DNA of 64,000 nt from Phoronis australis (GCA_002633005.1 NMRA01000111.1:52360-116359); one strand, 5' to 3'; shown: positions 26,001 through 39,300, numbered from the stretch's first letter. Numbers and translations: made by a program. Notes: generated by a model from the sequence alone, not told the origin.

Positions 26001-28874
26001 ATTTCATATATCATTTCTGTCAAGTGGATTAGGGTGATTTGTCTTAAATGAAATTGGATGGTTGACTTGAATTTTGATAAAATCGGTGTACTTAAACGTC
26101 TAGGCAAATTTCTTAATGTCAGTACTCTTAAGACCCTTTACCATTCTATTATTCAGCCTCATATTGATTATTGTTTGCCGGTTTGGGGGCACACTAGTGA
26201 CACACTTGTCAGCAAAGTCCAAGTAATCCAAAACAGAGCCGCCAGGGCTATCCTGGGTAGTAGAATTAGGGACACTAGGGTTGACGACTTGTATTCCAAG
26301 CTGGGATTTATGAAAATAAGACAAAGAAATAAGGGCTGTTCCAGTAAAATCTGTATGGGAGGGGGGGAGGCACATTTTTTTCGCACCCACCACCCATGTT
26401 TTTCATTTATTTCTTCAGCCTACCACCCGTAATTTTTTATAAGTTTGAAATGCAACCACCCGTAATTTTTTTTGTTCTTGTGGTTGACTGCACAGGCGCT
26501 TGAGTTTATCTGTTCCTCCGTCACCACTAACATCATTCATTACTAAGAAAACGTATGTTTCTTATATATGGTTATTAGCCATCGAGAAATTCGAGCACCT
26601 GTGGTTAAATGGTGTTATGGGCATGCCGATGAGATCGGAGAGAGTGAAAAAGTCAGAGCTTTTTGCAAGTTGCATTTTTCTTTCAGTTTTTGATTCTGTG
26701 CGGATTGTTTATAAAATTTACTAAAATTACCCACCATCAAACATTTATGGCCCAATGAAACAACAACGACCTGTAAATTTTTATTTTTTTGAAGTACGAC
26801 CACCAGCCATTTTGAATTAAAATCAAACGCAACCACCCATAAATTTTTATTTCAGTTGCCTCCCCCCCTCCCACACAGATTTTGCTGGAACAGCCCTAAA
26901 TATCTCTCTGCCTGTTGTATGTACAGATGTATCTATTGCTTGGCTCCAGCATAGCTCAGCAATAAATTCAATAGCAGTCAGGCTGTATATTCTACACATT
27001 CTTCTGTTGCTGGCAGTGTTTCTTCTAAAAAAATTAAAACCGAGACGGGCAAGAGATCTTTTATCTATGCAGCTGCTATAATATGGAATTCTCTCAGCCC
27101 AGAAATTAAACGGTCCAATTCAATCACTACCTTTAAAGTAAATATTAAAAATTGGCTGTAATTTACCTAACCTTTTACAACCTGCCTGTCATTTTTTCAT
27201 TGTCGTAAATACTCTCACTGTCTAAGAGTCATCTCTTAATTTATTTCATCTGTCTTAGTTAAATTTTTACCATTATTCGTCATTTAGTTAATGTCTTAAT
27301 TCTCAACCTGTTTTAATGGTATCTTTGTTACGTATATTTCATTGTTGTTTTATTACTTTATTGTATTATATTACTGTTTTTCTTGTTGAGGGCCCTCTTG
27401 GTAAGCAGTGCTATCACTGAAGAGGCCACCCTCATTTTAAATATCACAATAATAAATAAAATATCAATAATAATAATAGCTAACAAGCTAACTTATAGAA
27501 AATACCATTTGGCATTGACTCCTTTAAGTAAAAGCTATCTTGCTGTTAAGCAGTTTATATGTGGTGCTAAGATTGTCCACCTTTGAAATGGATTGCAAGA
27601 TCCGTAGCGTACCAATGGAGGTCTGTGCACTCATTGTTAAATGTTTAGAGTAACAATAAAGCTTTTTTTTTTCAGTTTCAGGTTATCAACCAGACAGCAG
27701 TATGAACATAAGCAAAGCCGTGAAGAGGGGGTCAGAGGGTAGTATATCCTCGCTGACCTATGTACAAAACAAGATCGCCGAGGCCATATTTCAAGACCAG
27801 CAACAACACCCGCAGCAGCAGAATCTGAGCAGTTCCATACGAGATACTGCTTACGATGCTGGCATGCAGCCGTCCCAGTCGACAGCAGGACCACTGGCAA
27901 TACCGCAGCAATCAGAGACGTTACGTCACCATTTGTCGGAGAGACCCAGTGTTCTGAATCCATTGGGAGCTACCAGCAGTAGCTCCGCAAGCACCGCCAA
28001 GAAGTCGATGGCGGCAGATATCTACGAGTTCCGCGATGACTCTCCCGTCAGTCACAGTCACCCAGATTCTGACAAATATTTATCGCCACGCACCAGCATG
28101 AAGCGCTATTCACCTATGGAGATGCTGCACCAGTCGGTGAGCTCTGTTGACGAACTTCATTCGTCATCATCGAAATCTGGTTCACCATCAAGCTCCCAGC
28201 CAAACACTGCGGAGATGAGAGCTGGCAGCCACACACATATGCAGAGCCCGTCAATTACCGAGAGCTCTATGCTTCAAAATCAACAGCCTATGGCTCAGAG
28301 TTCTGATGAGAAAGTGGTGACAATGGTGCAGAGTTCTGAGGACACGAAAGGCAGTGACAAAGTCTCCTCCATGGACAGTCTTCAGGAGTCAGAAGGCAAT
28401 GTGTCATCTCTTCACAGAGGTGGCAATAGTGACAACAGCTCAGAGCCCAGCCAGAGCACAGACAGACGGGGACAGAGAGAAGATTGTCTGGATGAGGACA
28501 ATTCCATGGGAGTAGTGCCTGGGCAGGGAGCTAGTATCGATGATGAGCGATCAAACCTCTCCACAGCAAGTTCTGGGTCAGACACCATGTATATTGACGA
28601 GTCAGCAAATATTGACAGCTCTAACGATGGTGGCGCTGGGCGATATCCCGGCCATGCGGACAGAAATAGATCAGAGGCAGTGTCATCTCAACTGGGTAAT
28701 GATCCTCCGAGCGGCAGTCGTGGTCTGCAGGTACCCACATCACAAGTTGTTAGCTCCAGCTTCACTGGAAATTTTCCATTCTCCATACAGCCATTGAGAA
28801 CTGCGGAGCCTCCAGTCTCAGATTCTCAGCACATACAACCAAGCTATGAAAATCTGTCCGATGATGACTTGTGA
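5005..28874 (+). CDS. NCOR: Nuclear receptor corepressor NCoR/SMRT (SMRTER-like) orthologue, multi-exon, 5'-partial, about 2350 aa in window
   Basis: Exons with AG/GT ends and consistent phases: 5005-5176, 6463-6750, 7560-7616, 8165-8217, 8416-8568, 9312-9398, 11131-11212, 12055-12288, 12731-12903, 13351-13645, 14543-14657, 14979-15152, 15856-15998, 16481-16667, 17285-17497, 17765-17902, 18926-19084, 20072-22353, 23047-23218, 23524-23679, 24266-24522, 24975-25170, 25805-25894, 27676-28874. Hallmarks: GPS2-binding coiled coil ([15 protein letters not shown]), [15 protein letters not shown]1 ([20 protein letters not shown]...DCVQYYY), SANT2 (SRWTEEEM...[28 protein letters not shown]), three GSI motifs ([24 protein letters not shown]), CoRNR boxes ([30 protein letters not shown]) and C-terminal YENLSD. 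The first exon seen starts in phase 2, so upstream exons were not located. Confidence 0.95.
8805..9118. repeat. Intronic minisatellite, 61-bp unit x about 5
   Basis: TGCCAAGTATGTGTAGTAGA(G/C)TGGT(G/A)CAGCAGTATAGTACTGGTGCTAGGTTAAACATGAC repeated almost perfectly, no spacers. Confidence 0.95.
9655..9702 (+). CDS. NCOR: Putative 48-nt NCoR alternative cassette exon, (R)[15 protein letters not shown](K)
   Basis: Acceptor ttccccttatag and donor AA|gtaagt. Phase 2-2 matches the flanking exons, no stop codon. Confidence 0.6.
18396..18693 (+). mobile_element. Degenerate tRNA-derived SINE
   Basis: A-box-like TAGCTTGGTGGTTAAG (about 18405) and B-box GTTCGAATTC (about 18458). No cloverleaf. The 3' boundary is approximate. 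Confidence 0.45.
22453..22637. repeat. Intronic minisatellite, 27-bp unit x about 7
   Basis: ACACC(C/T)TCCTACCCTTCACCCATATCG tandem copies. Confidence 0.95.
26078..27460 (+). mobile_element. 5'-truncated CR1-group (L2/Crack-like) non-LTR retrotransposon relic interrupted by a MITE
   Basis: ORF2 C-terminus KIGVLKRL...[18 protein letters not shown]...[12 protein letters not shown]...KIRQRN resumes in frame after the MITE as [11 protein letters not shown]...LAPA*L...[21 protein letters not shown]...FKVNIKNWL* (one internal stop). 3' tail GAGGGCCCTCTTGGTAAGCAG...CACCCTC...AATAAATAAA. Confidence 0.85.
26333..26896. mobile_element. PIF/Harbinger-like MITE, copy 1
   Basis: About 40-bp TIR GGGCTGTTCCAG(T/C)AAAATCTGT(A/G)TGGGAGGGGGGG. 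3-bp TSD TAA. Removing it restores the LINE reading frame. Confidence 0.88.
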
Positions 28875-29294
28875 AATACTAGAGACAGTGAACTGTACTA
28901 TTGCTGATATTGAAAGAGTTATTGGTTTATACACAATAAGCATCATAGTAACTGAATGCAGAAGGCGTGTAGCTGTGGTAAAGGATTTTATCATTAGGAA
29001 AAAGATATTTTGTTCAGTTACAAGTATTTTAAGAAACTGTTCCGTTTTTGTTAAATAAGAAATTTTAGGCACTTATTAGTTTATGCCTGTTGGGCTTAGT
29101 TTTGTTGTTTGTGGCCTTAGGAACCTTCTTCCCTGTTCAAGGCCTGGTGAACATTATTTCTGCGGTTAAATGAATGGAGAAAAGGTGTTGGCTAAATAGC
29201 TGCCATGGCAAGTCAGGCATGACCAGACAGCACAGAGTACTAACTACAAATTATGTTAATTGATTAAAGGAAACAATAAATCTGATTGTTGTAA

Positions 29295-29436
29295 ATGAAT
29301 TCTCAACAGTATTCACTAGGCAGAAAAATAAAAAAAAAACAATATGAATTCTCAACAGTATTCACTAGGCAGAAAAATAAAAAAAACAATATGAATTCTC
29401 AATAGTATTTACTAGGCAGAAAAACAAAAAAACAAT
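29295..29436. repeat. Tandem repeat, about 47-bp unit x3, between the NCoR and CCT6 stop codons
   Basis: ATGAATTCTCAACAGTATTCACTAGGCAGAAAAATAAAAAAAACAAT x3. Confidence 0.9.
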
Positions 29437-30330
29437 ACAAAAACCAATGAAGTCCCAATCACAACTGACAAAGTGCTTACGACAGCTTACTGTGACTGTT
29501 GTGGAGAGACTGTACCCCTGGCAAAATGTTATCTCTCGTAGTATGCACTAGTAAGTCAGTGTGTGACTGAGAACTTCAAAATCCTGCAGAGAAGAACTGA
29601 AAAACACACTCAGCAGACAACTTGCACTAATAGACGAGACTGCTGCGTTGACTGTTGAGTGTTGACTAATTGAGAATATGAACAGAAATTCATTTCACAA
29701 GATCACCAAGTCTAATGAAAATTAAACTTGATAAATGGACTACCAACTCACAAAAGTCAATGTTATCAAGATTGGAATTAGCAGGACACAAGAAAAATAC
29801 TAAAAGGAGTGAAGGTGCAAAGATAACCACTCGTTCAATTACACCAAGCTGCAAATCTCTGGGTACAATATACAGTACAATATACAGTGCAAATGAAAAG
29901 CTATTGGACAATACACTGTTTCCTTGACTTCTGTTTCTGTTGACAAAAATCACTACTAATGACTAGTTGTTGCAGCGTAGTCTTAATTGTAGAGTGAAGC
30001 TTCCACCGTGTTGAATTCCTGTAAATTCCTCATGTCCAGTCGTGGCAGAGCTATGCTATGATGAATTCCACTTAGCCGCATCCTTGTGTGACCAGTAATA
30101 ACAAATCACTTGATACGATTAACTTAATACGATTACTTTTCCCAAACACAAAACACTTGATATCTAATTGACTTTGTATCAGAGAATACAGGGACACCTG
30201 ATCTCAAGCGAAGCCAGTCCTTTATGGTGATGCCTATACATTAAGTCTTTCAGTTCTCCTTTGAGCTTATCTGGGATTCTGCCAAGCACTCTTAAACACA
30301 AGCACTTAAATATCACGCAGCAACTGAAGA

Positions 30331-33300
30331 CTATCCTTTGAGAGATGACAATCCAGCTCTCATCACCTCGTCTACGAGTAGGAGATTCGTTGCTATGACA
30401 GTACTGAAAAAGAAAGAATAATGATAGTTTAGTGACTCGGCACAGTTGCATAAAATTCACAACAGTTTCATCGCAGTATATACGGAGTATGATGTGCATA
30501 CATGCTTTTTATCATGGAAATCCACCAAATCTGCATAATTAGAAGTACACCAAAATGTAACTATAACTAATACATTCAGCAAAAATGAGAAATGATTCCA
30601 TGGCCGTGCCTCTTAATACCAGCTTCGATCTCCCAAACTCCAGTTGAGGAACAGCAAACACAAGGTACGTAATTTTTAATACCCAGGCCCCTAACACGAA
30701 CAGAAAAGGCTTCACACCCGGCGACCAAACTGCAGACCTGGACCAAAAGTTTACTGATCTGGAACTGGGATTTTAGGGATCACAGCTGGTCTTTAGAGGC
30801 GAAGCGTACAAACATTTCCCCCTTAAAAAGTTAATATAAACATAGGAGGATCATCTGAAGAAAATTTTAACTTACAAGAAGAACAACTTGAAAATTTTTC
30901 AGTGAAATGACCTTGTTGATGCACTATTTCATTTTGTAGTGCGTAAGGTTACGTCATACTACGTGTGTCAATTGGCTAAAGCTTCTTATATAACCGACTT
31001 TCCGGTACTATCCGGCCTTCTTGACATGAACCGCTATACTGGTAACGCGTACAACACTAACGATGTTTTCACGGAGCCTAGAGCCTATATCATTGTAAGT
31101 TTATACTATTTTTTCGCATATTACCGTAGAATTCACTGGCTGTTTCTCGTATTGTGTAAGACTGTTTAGCCCATGCTGTATTACGTGGAATATCTTTATT
31201 GTATTGTAACGTGAACGCTGTATTTCCCAAGACTTATTATTCGTTATATTTGTTTCAGTGAAACCGGCCTTGTCGGACAGTAAGCATAACGTCAACCATG
31301 TTGAGAATAAACGTATCATATCCGACTATCCCGTGTGTTCAATGCCCATGGCTCTTACAGACCTGCTAATATTGCAAGAACACGACTAGATTAGTAAATC
31401 ATGTAATTTAAATGTTAGATGTAATGACAGTCAGACTATACATAAACAGGCCAATTTGACTTACCAAGAGTGTAAAAGTTGTCTTTTGACTCTGAAGTTA
31501 TCTAGAATTCCAGCATCCTCAGGTACTAAAGCTTCACCTGCATACAAAAGCTCAGTTATGAGACAACATCAGAAGCTACTTAGAAATGGTAAAGGCTCAA
31601 GATGACACAATTAAAACCACTAAAACTTAAACGTGACATTATGCAATGAAATTAATCCATTTTCAAAGGGTTTTCAATGGAAAAATTGGTGATTTCCATA
31701 TTCATTTCTCCAGATTTGTAGTGGGCAGACTAAAATACAAAATATGAAAATTAAAAAAATTTGAGGATAGATTAAAACTATGTCGAACTCCCTTGGAAAC
31801 ACACCTATGATTGACTCCATTCATTTAATCCTTCTGAGAACCAACCAGTAATGTACAAAAAACCAAAGACTACACAAAACCTTACACTTCGTAAACTTTG
31901 TATCAATGTTCCTCAGGGCTGTTCCAGCAAAAACTGTATGGGAGGGGAGGAAGGCACTTTTATTTCGTACCCACCGCCTATATTTTTCATTTATTTCACC
32001 AACCCACGACCCATAATTTTTTAATTAATAGGTTAAAATAGAAAATCCAACACTTGCAAACAAATTGTTGCCTGGATGACCTGTTAAGAACTTAGATGAT
32101 CGACAGACAAGAACTAATTGCCTTGTCCAATATTGTCAAAAACTAAAGTAGCCAAGAGGGTGGTCGAATCAAAACGAAAATGACTTCTGTCAACGCATCC
32201 ATCCCTGCTACATATATTCTTGTGCTAAATTTCCAGTTGTGCCAAACACTTTTTGAGATAATCAACCTGTCTCGTCAAAAACTAACGGGGTGCCACAGTA
32301 GTTCAATCCAGCGTCCAAAAATTGACCAGTGCCGGCACATTCTTGCGATATACTTCCATTTCGAATTTCATCGTGATCAGTGAAGCAGTTTTTGAGATAT
32401 ATCAACATACAAGGAATGGCTTGTCAAAAACTAAAGCGGTCACCATGGGTACCAAGGTTGCCAAATCTGCCCGGAAATCGACTGGTGCAGGTGCATCCTT
32501 GCCAAGTACTATACCAAATTTCATCATGATCCGCCAAGCGGTTCTTGAGATAATTGATGGACAAGAAATGATAATGACAGACAGATCGACCACAAAGTTT
32601 TTGCGAGTGCAGAAAAATTCCATGTGAGGTCACAACTCATATCAGTTACCAAAAACTTGCTATTCTAAGACACCTGTGAGCAATACTTTTGGCAGCCACC
32701 AGGTGTCTCTGTTCACCATGTGTCTGTTTATTTTTTCAATTTCATGGATCTATGAATCTCAAACTGTCTCCACGAATGCTTTTAGACACATATGTCAAGT
32801 GAATATTAGAACTTGTCTATCTTACTCCTAATACTTTTCACTTAAAAATCATCAATTTTCTCATATGTGTTAACACCAATTTAGTGTTGCATAAATTTGC
32901 ATTCTAATATGACTGCACATCTTCTGCTAGTAATCGAGTTGCCCATGACTTGATTAATGGCATAGTGTACATATTGCACTCAATACACTAGCAACATGGG
33001 TTTGTATTTTGTGTTTTAGGATATGTATTTTTGGTGAGTTTTGAATTCTTTTGAGCTGTGTTTGGCTGTAAATACCCACCTGTCAACATTTACAGGTCAA
33101 GAAATACCACCCAGTGTTAATGCCTTACTTCATACAAGAATGACCACCCATAATTTGAGTTTTTTTTCCAAAGGCCACCACCCATGAATTTTTATTTCAG
33201 CTGCCCCCCCCCCCTCCCCATGCAGATTATGCTGGAACAGCCCTCAGTACTTTTCAATAATTGAATTGAGAGAAATATATTATTATTCAAAACCTTATAA

Positions 33301-36300
33301 TCACTAGACCAATGCTTCGACTTCACAAACCGGACAATGCACTTAGACATACCTGAGTGTATATCAAGGCCGACAGGCCGGCCAGATGCAGCATATTCCT
33401 CTTGCAGCTTCACCATGGTTTCCTGGCCATCATAACCAGAGTTACGTGCCAGTGTCTTGGGGATGATAAGCAGAGCATCAGCGTACGCAGCCACACCTGT
33501 AATATATACACAGACATGCTGCAAAGCTCAGACTAAGAAAAATAAAGCCTGAGACTTATGTGAAACTCAACTGAAAATTAACCAATCGCGAGGAAAATTG
33601 TAAGTGCACTTTAAATTATATGCAATGAGGTTGACCAGTTTTTGTAGTACTGAATTAACTTAGTCACATGCCCAAATGTTGACTCACCATGCAGAAGTGC
33701 AATGGTGTCACCCAGCAATATATTTCACAACGGTGATTTTACAGACCTCAGACAAGGTGGATAACCATTATCATCAGAACTCTGATTGGTGCACGGTACT
33801 TCATCATCATTGATCAGTAACAAAAACAGCGCTTTCAAAGTTAACACAGAGCTCCCTATACACAAGGATACCCCAATGAAAAAATGATTCTGCCAATCTA
33901 TGGAGCATTCAGGGTGTCGCATTTCACCCCAGGCTGTCAAAGATGTTTCTTATTTTAGCCTATTCAGAAAATAAAAAGTGAATCGTTTCCTCTTCAGACC
34001 CACATCTGAATGTTTTGTCTCCATTTACACAACGGCACAGTACAATCCCAAACGATTGCATCAAAAGATAACTAACCTAATCTTGCCCTGCCTTTAACAG
34101 TCTCCTTAAACTTCATCAGTTCCGCATGAGCAGCAATTTCAAATGCACCAGCACCAGGCACTACAGATTCTGAAACCAACGATAGATTGAACTTAGCTGA
34201 CTGTGTTGAGATATTAAAATGAGCTCAACAGACAATGCTGTGACAATAAGATGAACTCAGCACACTATGATGTGATCATAAAATGAACTCAGCAGACCAT
34301 GTTGAGATAATGAGATGAACTCAGCAGACTATGTTGAGATAATGAGATGAACTCAGCTGACTATGTTGTGATAATAAGACTCGGCAGACTATGTTATGAT
34401 AATCAGATGAACATAAAAGACTATTTTTGGACATAAGATGAAATTAGCCGACAATGTTGCAATACTTAGATGAACCTAGCTGACTAGGTTGTGATGTTAA
34501 GATGAAATCAACAGACTATGTTGCAACATTAAGATGAACTTAGCTGACTATGTTGCGGTATTAACTTAGCTCAAGTGAGCTTAAACTACTACTTAATACA
34601 TTCGTCAATGTCAGTTTGAGGTCACAAAATGCTCATTATGGAACAAATTTGACACAGCATTATAGTCTGCCATCAGTTAACTCTGACTAATTATTAATTT
34701 TAAGTCGTTAAAATTCTAAAATGCATGGGAAATTTGACATATGATGTCCTGTTATGGCAGAAGAAGACAATACGGTCACTGAGTAGTTATAGAATTGTGT
34801 TATTTGATAGCATATCAGACGAAATTAATTCATCTGAAGGCTGTTCATGAGATTGAGTCCACGACCACGACCACAATGACTCATGTTAGTGTCAACCACC
34901 GCAAAAACAAAATCATGAAAAAAATGCAAGTCATTCGTCTTTGGATTACTTTTCATATAGTTTCATTCATCAGCATAGTCTCATTAGATTACATTCATTT
35001 GACTCGCTATTACGGAAATAGTTTACCAGTAACACTTTAACCTTGTGCTTATGAACACCCAGTACCATGGCAATATGATCGACATCATTTTTGTAACCAT
35101 AGTAACTGAGTACGTAACCATTACTGTTCTCAATATGGTCAATACAACTGGCGCACTCATCTTCATCGAAGTTACTATTTAACAACACTTACTGTCCTCG
35201 ATGGCATTCTTCACTGCTCTCAGCCCATCATGTATGGCATCCTTGATCTGCGTCAGTGTGTGTTTGTTAGGTCCCTTCAGAAGAAGCGTGACAGACAGTG
35301 GGTTCTTGCATTGTTCTACAAATGTGTACTTGTCTTCGCCCTGGAATCATAAACACAGACTTACATTAAGAGACAGTGTGCTGTTAGTTCTAGGCTCCAC
35401 TGGCAGACAGAGGGTATCTCGATATTCACATGGTGGCTACGATGAATAAAGACTCATCATTTTAACACACGAATAGATGGAGAGCAGTAACTAGTTCATG
35501 AGCGTCAGGGGGAAAAAGGTCTCACATGACTACGGGAATGTATGCATTTCTACATTAAGGTAAGACGGTGTTTCACTAGTGCCACGTAGTGAATTTGGAG
35601 TCAACCATTGAGAATTGCACATACACGTCTCCTGCTCTTCTGAGCTCATTCTCGGTAGAAAGAGAAAAAACTTGGGTTTTAGGCTAAAGTTATTTCAGGG
35701 AGCCTGCCAACATTTTCAACTAACACTTGTTCGGCTATCAGGCAACGTGCTACGTGTTCAACTGGCTAAGTCCAACAGAAAAGCAAACTGACCTCACTTA
35801 GTGGTGATCAAAATAAACATCTCATTACCAAATCACATAGCTCCTGCAGTACACAAATGTGCACTAATAAGAAACTCTGCCAGTTTCTGGCAAAGTTATG
35901 CAAGCTTAGTGAGCAACTTAGAATAATGCAAGTCCACTAAGTCTGAATAATATCGGTCATGTTTGAATATTGGTCATGCTTGGATAATATCAGCCATGCT
36001 TGGATAACATCAGTCATGTTTGAAAGATATTGGTCACACTTGAATTAATGTTGTCCATGCTTGGATAATACAGGCCATGTTTGAATAACATAGGCGATGC
36101 TTGACTAGTATTGTCATTGCTCGAATAAGGTTGTGTACTTTTTAACTTGGTTCACCTTGTCAGAAAGGATTATTCAAGTTCCAAGAACTCTGAGAAGTAC
36201 CAGTTTACAGGCACATACAAAAACAGTGTATTTTCAAATGCAACAGGCTCTAACAACAAAGAGAGTGGAAAGCTTCCAAACAGACTTCTCGACTTGGCAA

Positions 36301-39300
36301 CTGAACACATAAGGATGTGCCAAGAAATGCTTTTGAACAGACACAATGAGTAAATGACTCGCACCAGTACAACTTCGTAGACAAGGCCAGCATAACCCAG
36401 ACAGTCTTCAGTAAGGTCGTCAACAGAGTTCATAGCAGTACCTCCACAGGCAAGACTCAACCTAGGATAAAACATTAACACTATCAAGTATGTGGCACTT
36501 CAAACACAATCTCATTACTTGGCAGGTCACACCCAGTGGTGTTACAGGGTGATAAAAGACTATTCATCAGTGATCCTCACACCAACAACTCAAATGACGA
36601 CATTTTACAAATTCAATATCAATGATCTAGGTATTCCTGGTTGATACTTTAATTTGGACTTATTCAATATAGTTTAAAACTCTAGCAGACCAACTATATT
36701 CAAAGATCACAGTTTAAGAAACATTTTGTTGAAAGCCTAAATTCCAATGTAACTACTTCTTCTTCAGCGTTCCCAGCCATAGATAGTCAGTCTGGTCTTT
36801 TGGGCGAAGTCTGCAGTTCGCCGCAATGATGCCGTCGTGCCCGTAACTACTCCAATTTAAAGATTATTTTTCAAAACAAGGACACTCCAAAAATTCATAG
36901 GTTGTATTTCACTACTCACCTCTCCATGTTCCTTCTCTTGGCACGTCGTAACGCCACAATACCCTCTTTAGCAAGCATGTCAAGCGACATGGGATCAATG
37001 CCCTGCAAAGTCAGACAACACATGGAGAAAGAGACTCTTAGCATGTCTGTCAACTACGATATTGTAACTGGTGTACGCGCTTAACAGGAAATAAAACAGT
37101 CACTGATGTATACAGGATTGAGTTGCACATTCCACATTTTGCTTTACGGAAGTGCATTATGAGGAGCTTTTACGCTTTGACAAAGGCCTGCCTTTCCAGC
37201 TCACAAACAGAACAGTGTGCATAACAAAACGTTACTTAAAGCTGTATTATATAGCCTGTTTAGCAGGCTGAAAAACAAAATTAAACTAGCGCACTTTAGT
37301 CTGGTAAAATCAGTCTCCATACATAGAATTGATTTCCATTACCAACAAGAACACCGAAACCATCAGTGACCCAATAAACTTTTCAAATTTTATTGGGGTT
37401 GGAAAACATGCATTGCCTGTGACTTGAATAGCTGGCTCATTTGGCAATAGTTCAAGATTGGACGAGTGTGGTGTTTGTAAACCCCAAACTGCTTTGGTTA
37501 AGAATTCAACACTAACAGTTTAACACCAGTGACATGCCCCTTTAAGCATAACAATCAGAACAAGAAACAGTAAATTCTTACAAATTGGTCTCCACAAAGG
37601 ATGGCTTTACACGATTAGCTAGAAGAAGCCCCAACTATCCGAACACCTGCACGTTTGTAAATATTTCCATCTCAGGTAATCAATCAAGGTTTACATAAAT
37701 CAAGTCACCTGACTGTCCACATGACCCAAACAGACTTGCATACCTTTTGATTAATCACAACGAATCCCTTGTCGGTACCATCGCAAACCTTCTTTTTGAA
37801 GTCGATGATTTTTTTCACACGCGAGTCCGTAAAGGCTCGTTCGGCAGCTACCAGCTTCTCGCGCTCGGCAGCACTCTTGTAAAAGAAGCCAGAGTTCACC
37901 TCACTGTAAAAGAAAAAAAGGCACTTTAATAAATAGTCATACCCTGATGTTGCTCCATTACCAGTTACAAGAACCTATGTATAATCTTCAAGATCAAGTT
38001 TTCACTTGTTGACATTTTCAGCAATAAAAACTTATTAATAAGTGACTGTTACATACGTACATACTGGACACAAAACAAAAACTCAATTTATAACTAGGAC
38101 ACAATTGAATATTAGAAGTGAATTCCACCCAATACCAAAATTCCCATTCAAACAGAAGAGCATACACATTTATGTCCCACCCATGTGAATAACAACCAAA
38201 ATCACACAATAACACCAACAATGCTAGGTTTACCAGCTTACCAAACCTGAGTACCAACAAGCTAGTTTGAAATAGTCCACACACTACACCTCAAGATGTT
38301 TCAAGAAACATTCATTGCCCACCTCTTTTCATACTCTAGAGACACGTTACATGTCAGAATGTAGGCGTTGTCGACTTTCTTCTTCATATCTGGGTGACGA
38401 GCACCGTGGTCCATGACAATACCCTTCACTAACCTGAAATACAGAGTAAAACTATTTAATAACGGCAAATTTAAACAATTATTGTATTACACTGACTTAG
38501 TAGCTCAATAGGTCAAAGTACATTGCAGATGACCCAATGTCTTCTGATCTTCTGAGCACGATACAACCAGTTGTGTTCAGGTCTGACCTACATGACCCAC
38601 TTTAAGTCATTGTCAACGTCATAAGTCCCATCCACATTAAAGCAACATGGCCTAGTTTGTATTCATAACACACCTATATGACTTAACATATGCCATGTCA
38701 GAGTTACATGGCCTAATTTAAGTCACTGCCAAAGCCACAAGTCCCACCCATCTAAGAGCAACGTGGCCTAATTTGTGTTCATGACAGAGCTATATGACTT
38801 AACCAAGGTTCATGTCAGAGCTACATGACCTACTTTAAGACACTGCCAAAGCCACAAATCCACCCATATCAGAACAACATGCCCTAGTTTGTGTTCACGA
38901 TAGACCTATAAGACTTAACCCAAGTACATGTCAGAGCTACCTGAACAACTTTACCTAAGTCACGGTCAAAGCTAGAAGTCCCATCCACATCAGAGCAACA
39001 TGACCTAGTTTGTGTTCACGACAGAGCTATATGATTTAACTTATAGCCATGTCAGAGTTACATGACCTACTTTGTATCCATGTCTGTCTTGTGCTGCATT
39101 TCCATGATTTCCACCATGTGAAGATCAATTGGCTCATCTGGCTTTTGAATGGCCAACACAGCATCCACAACTTCCTGATACGGCATAAAAGAAAACACAT
39201 GAACGTACAACTAATCTATCGTCCATTAAGAACTGCACAAGTACCTAACTAGAGATCAAAAACAACTGTGCAGGGGAAAAAATAACACTTTATCGAGTTC

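Noticed and set aside
35099-35178. C/D snoRNA-like unit with a 9-bp terminal stem (ATAGTAACT/AGTTACTAT)
   Set aside because: Boxes are non-canonical (TCGATGA; CTCA instead of CTGA). It shares short words with the 33741 candidate, but not enough to call.
35376-35470. C/D snoRNA candidate (minus strand ATGATGA ... CTAA)
   Set aside because: No canonical D box and no recognisable guide.
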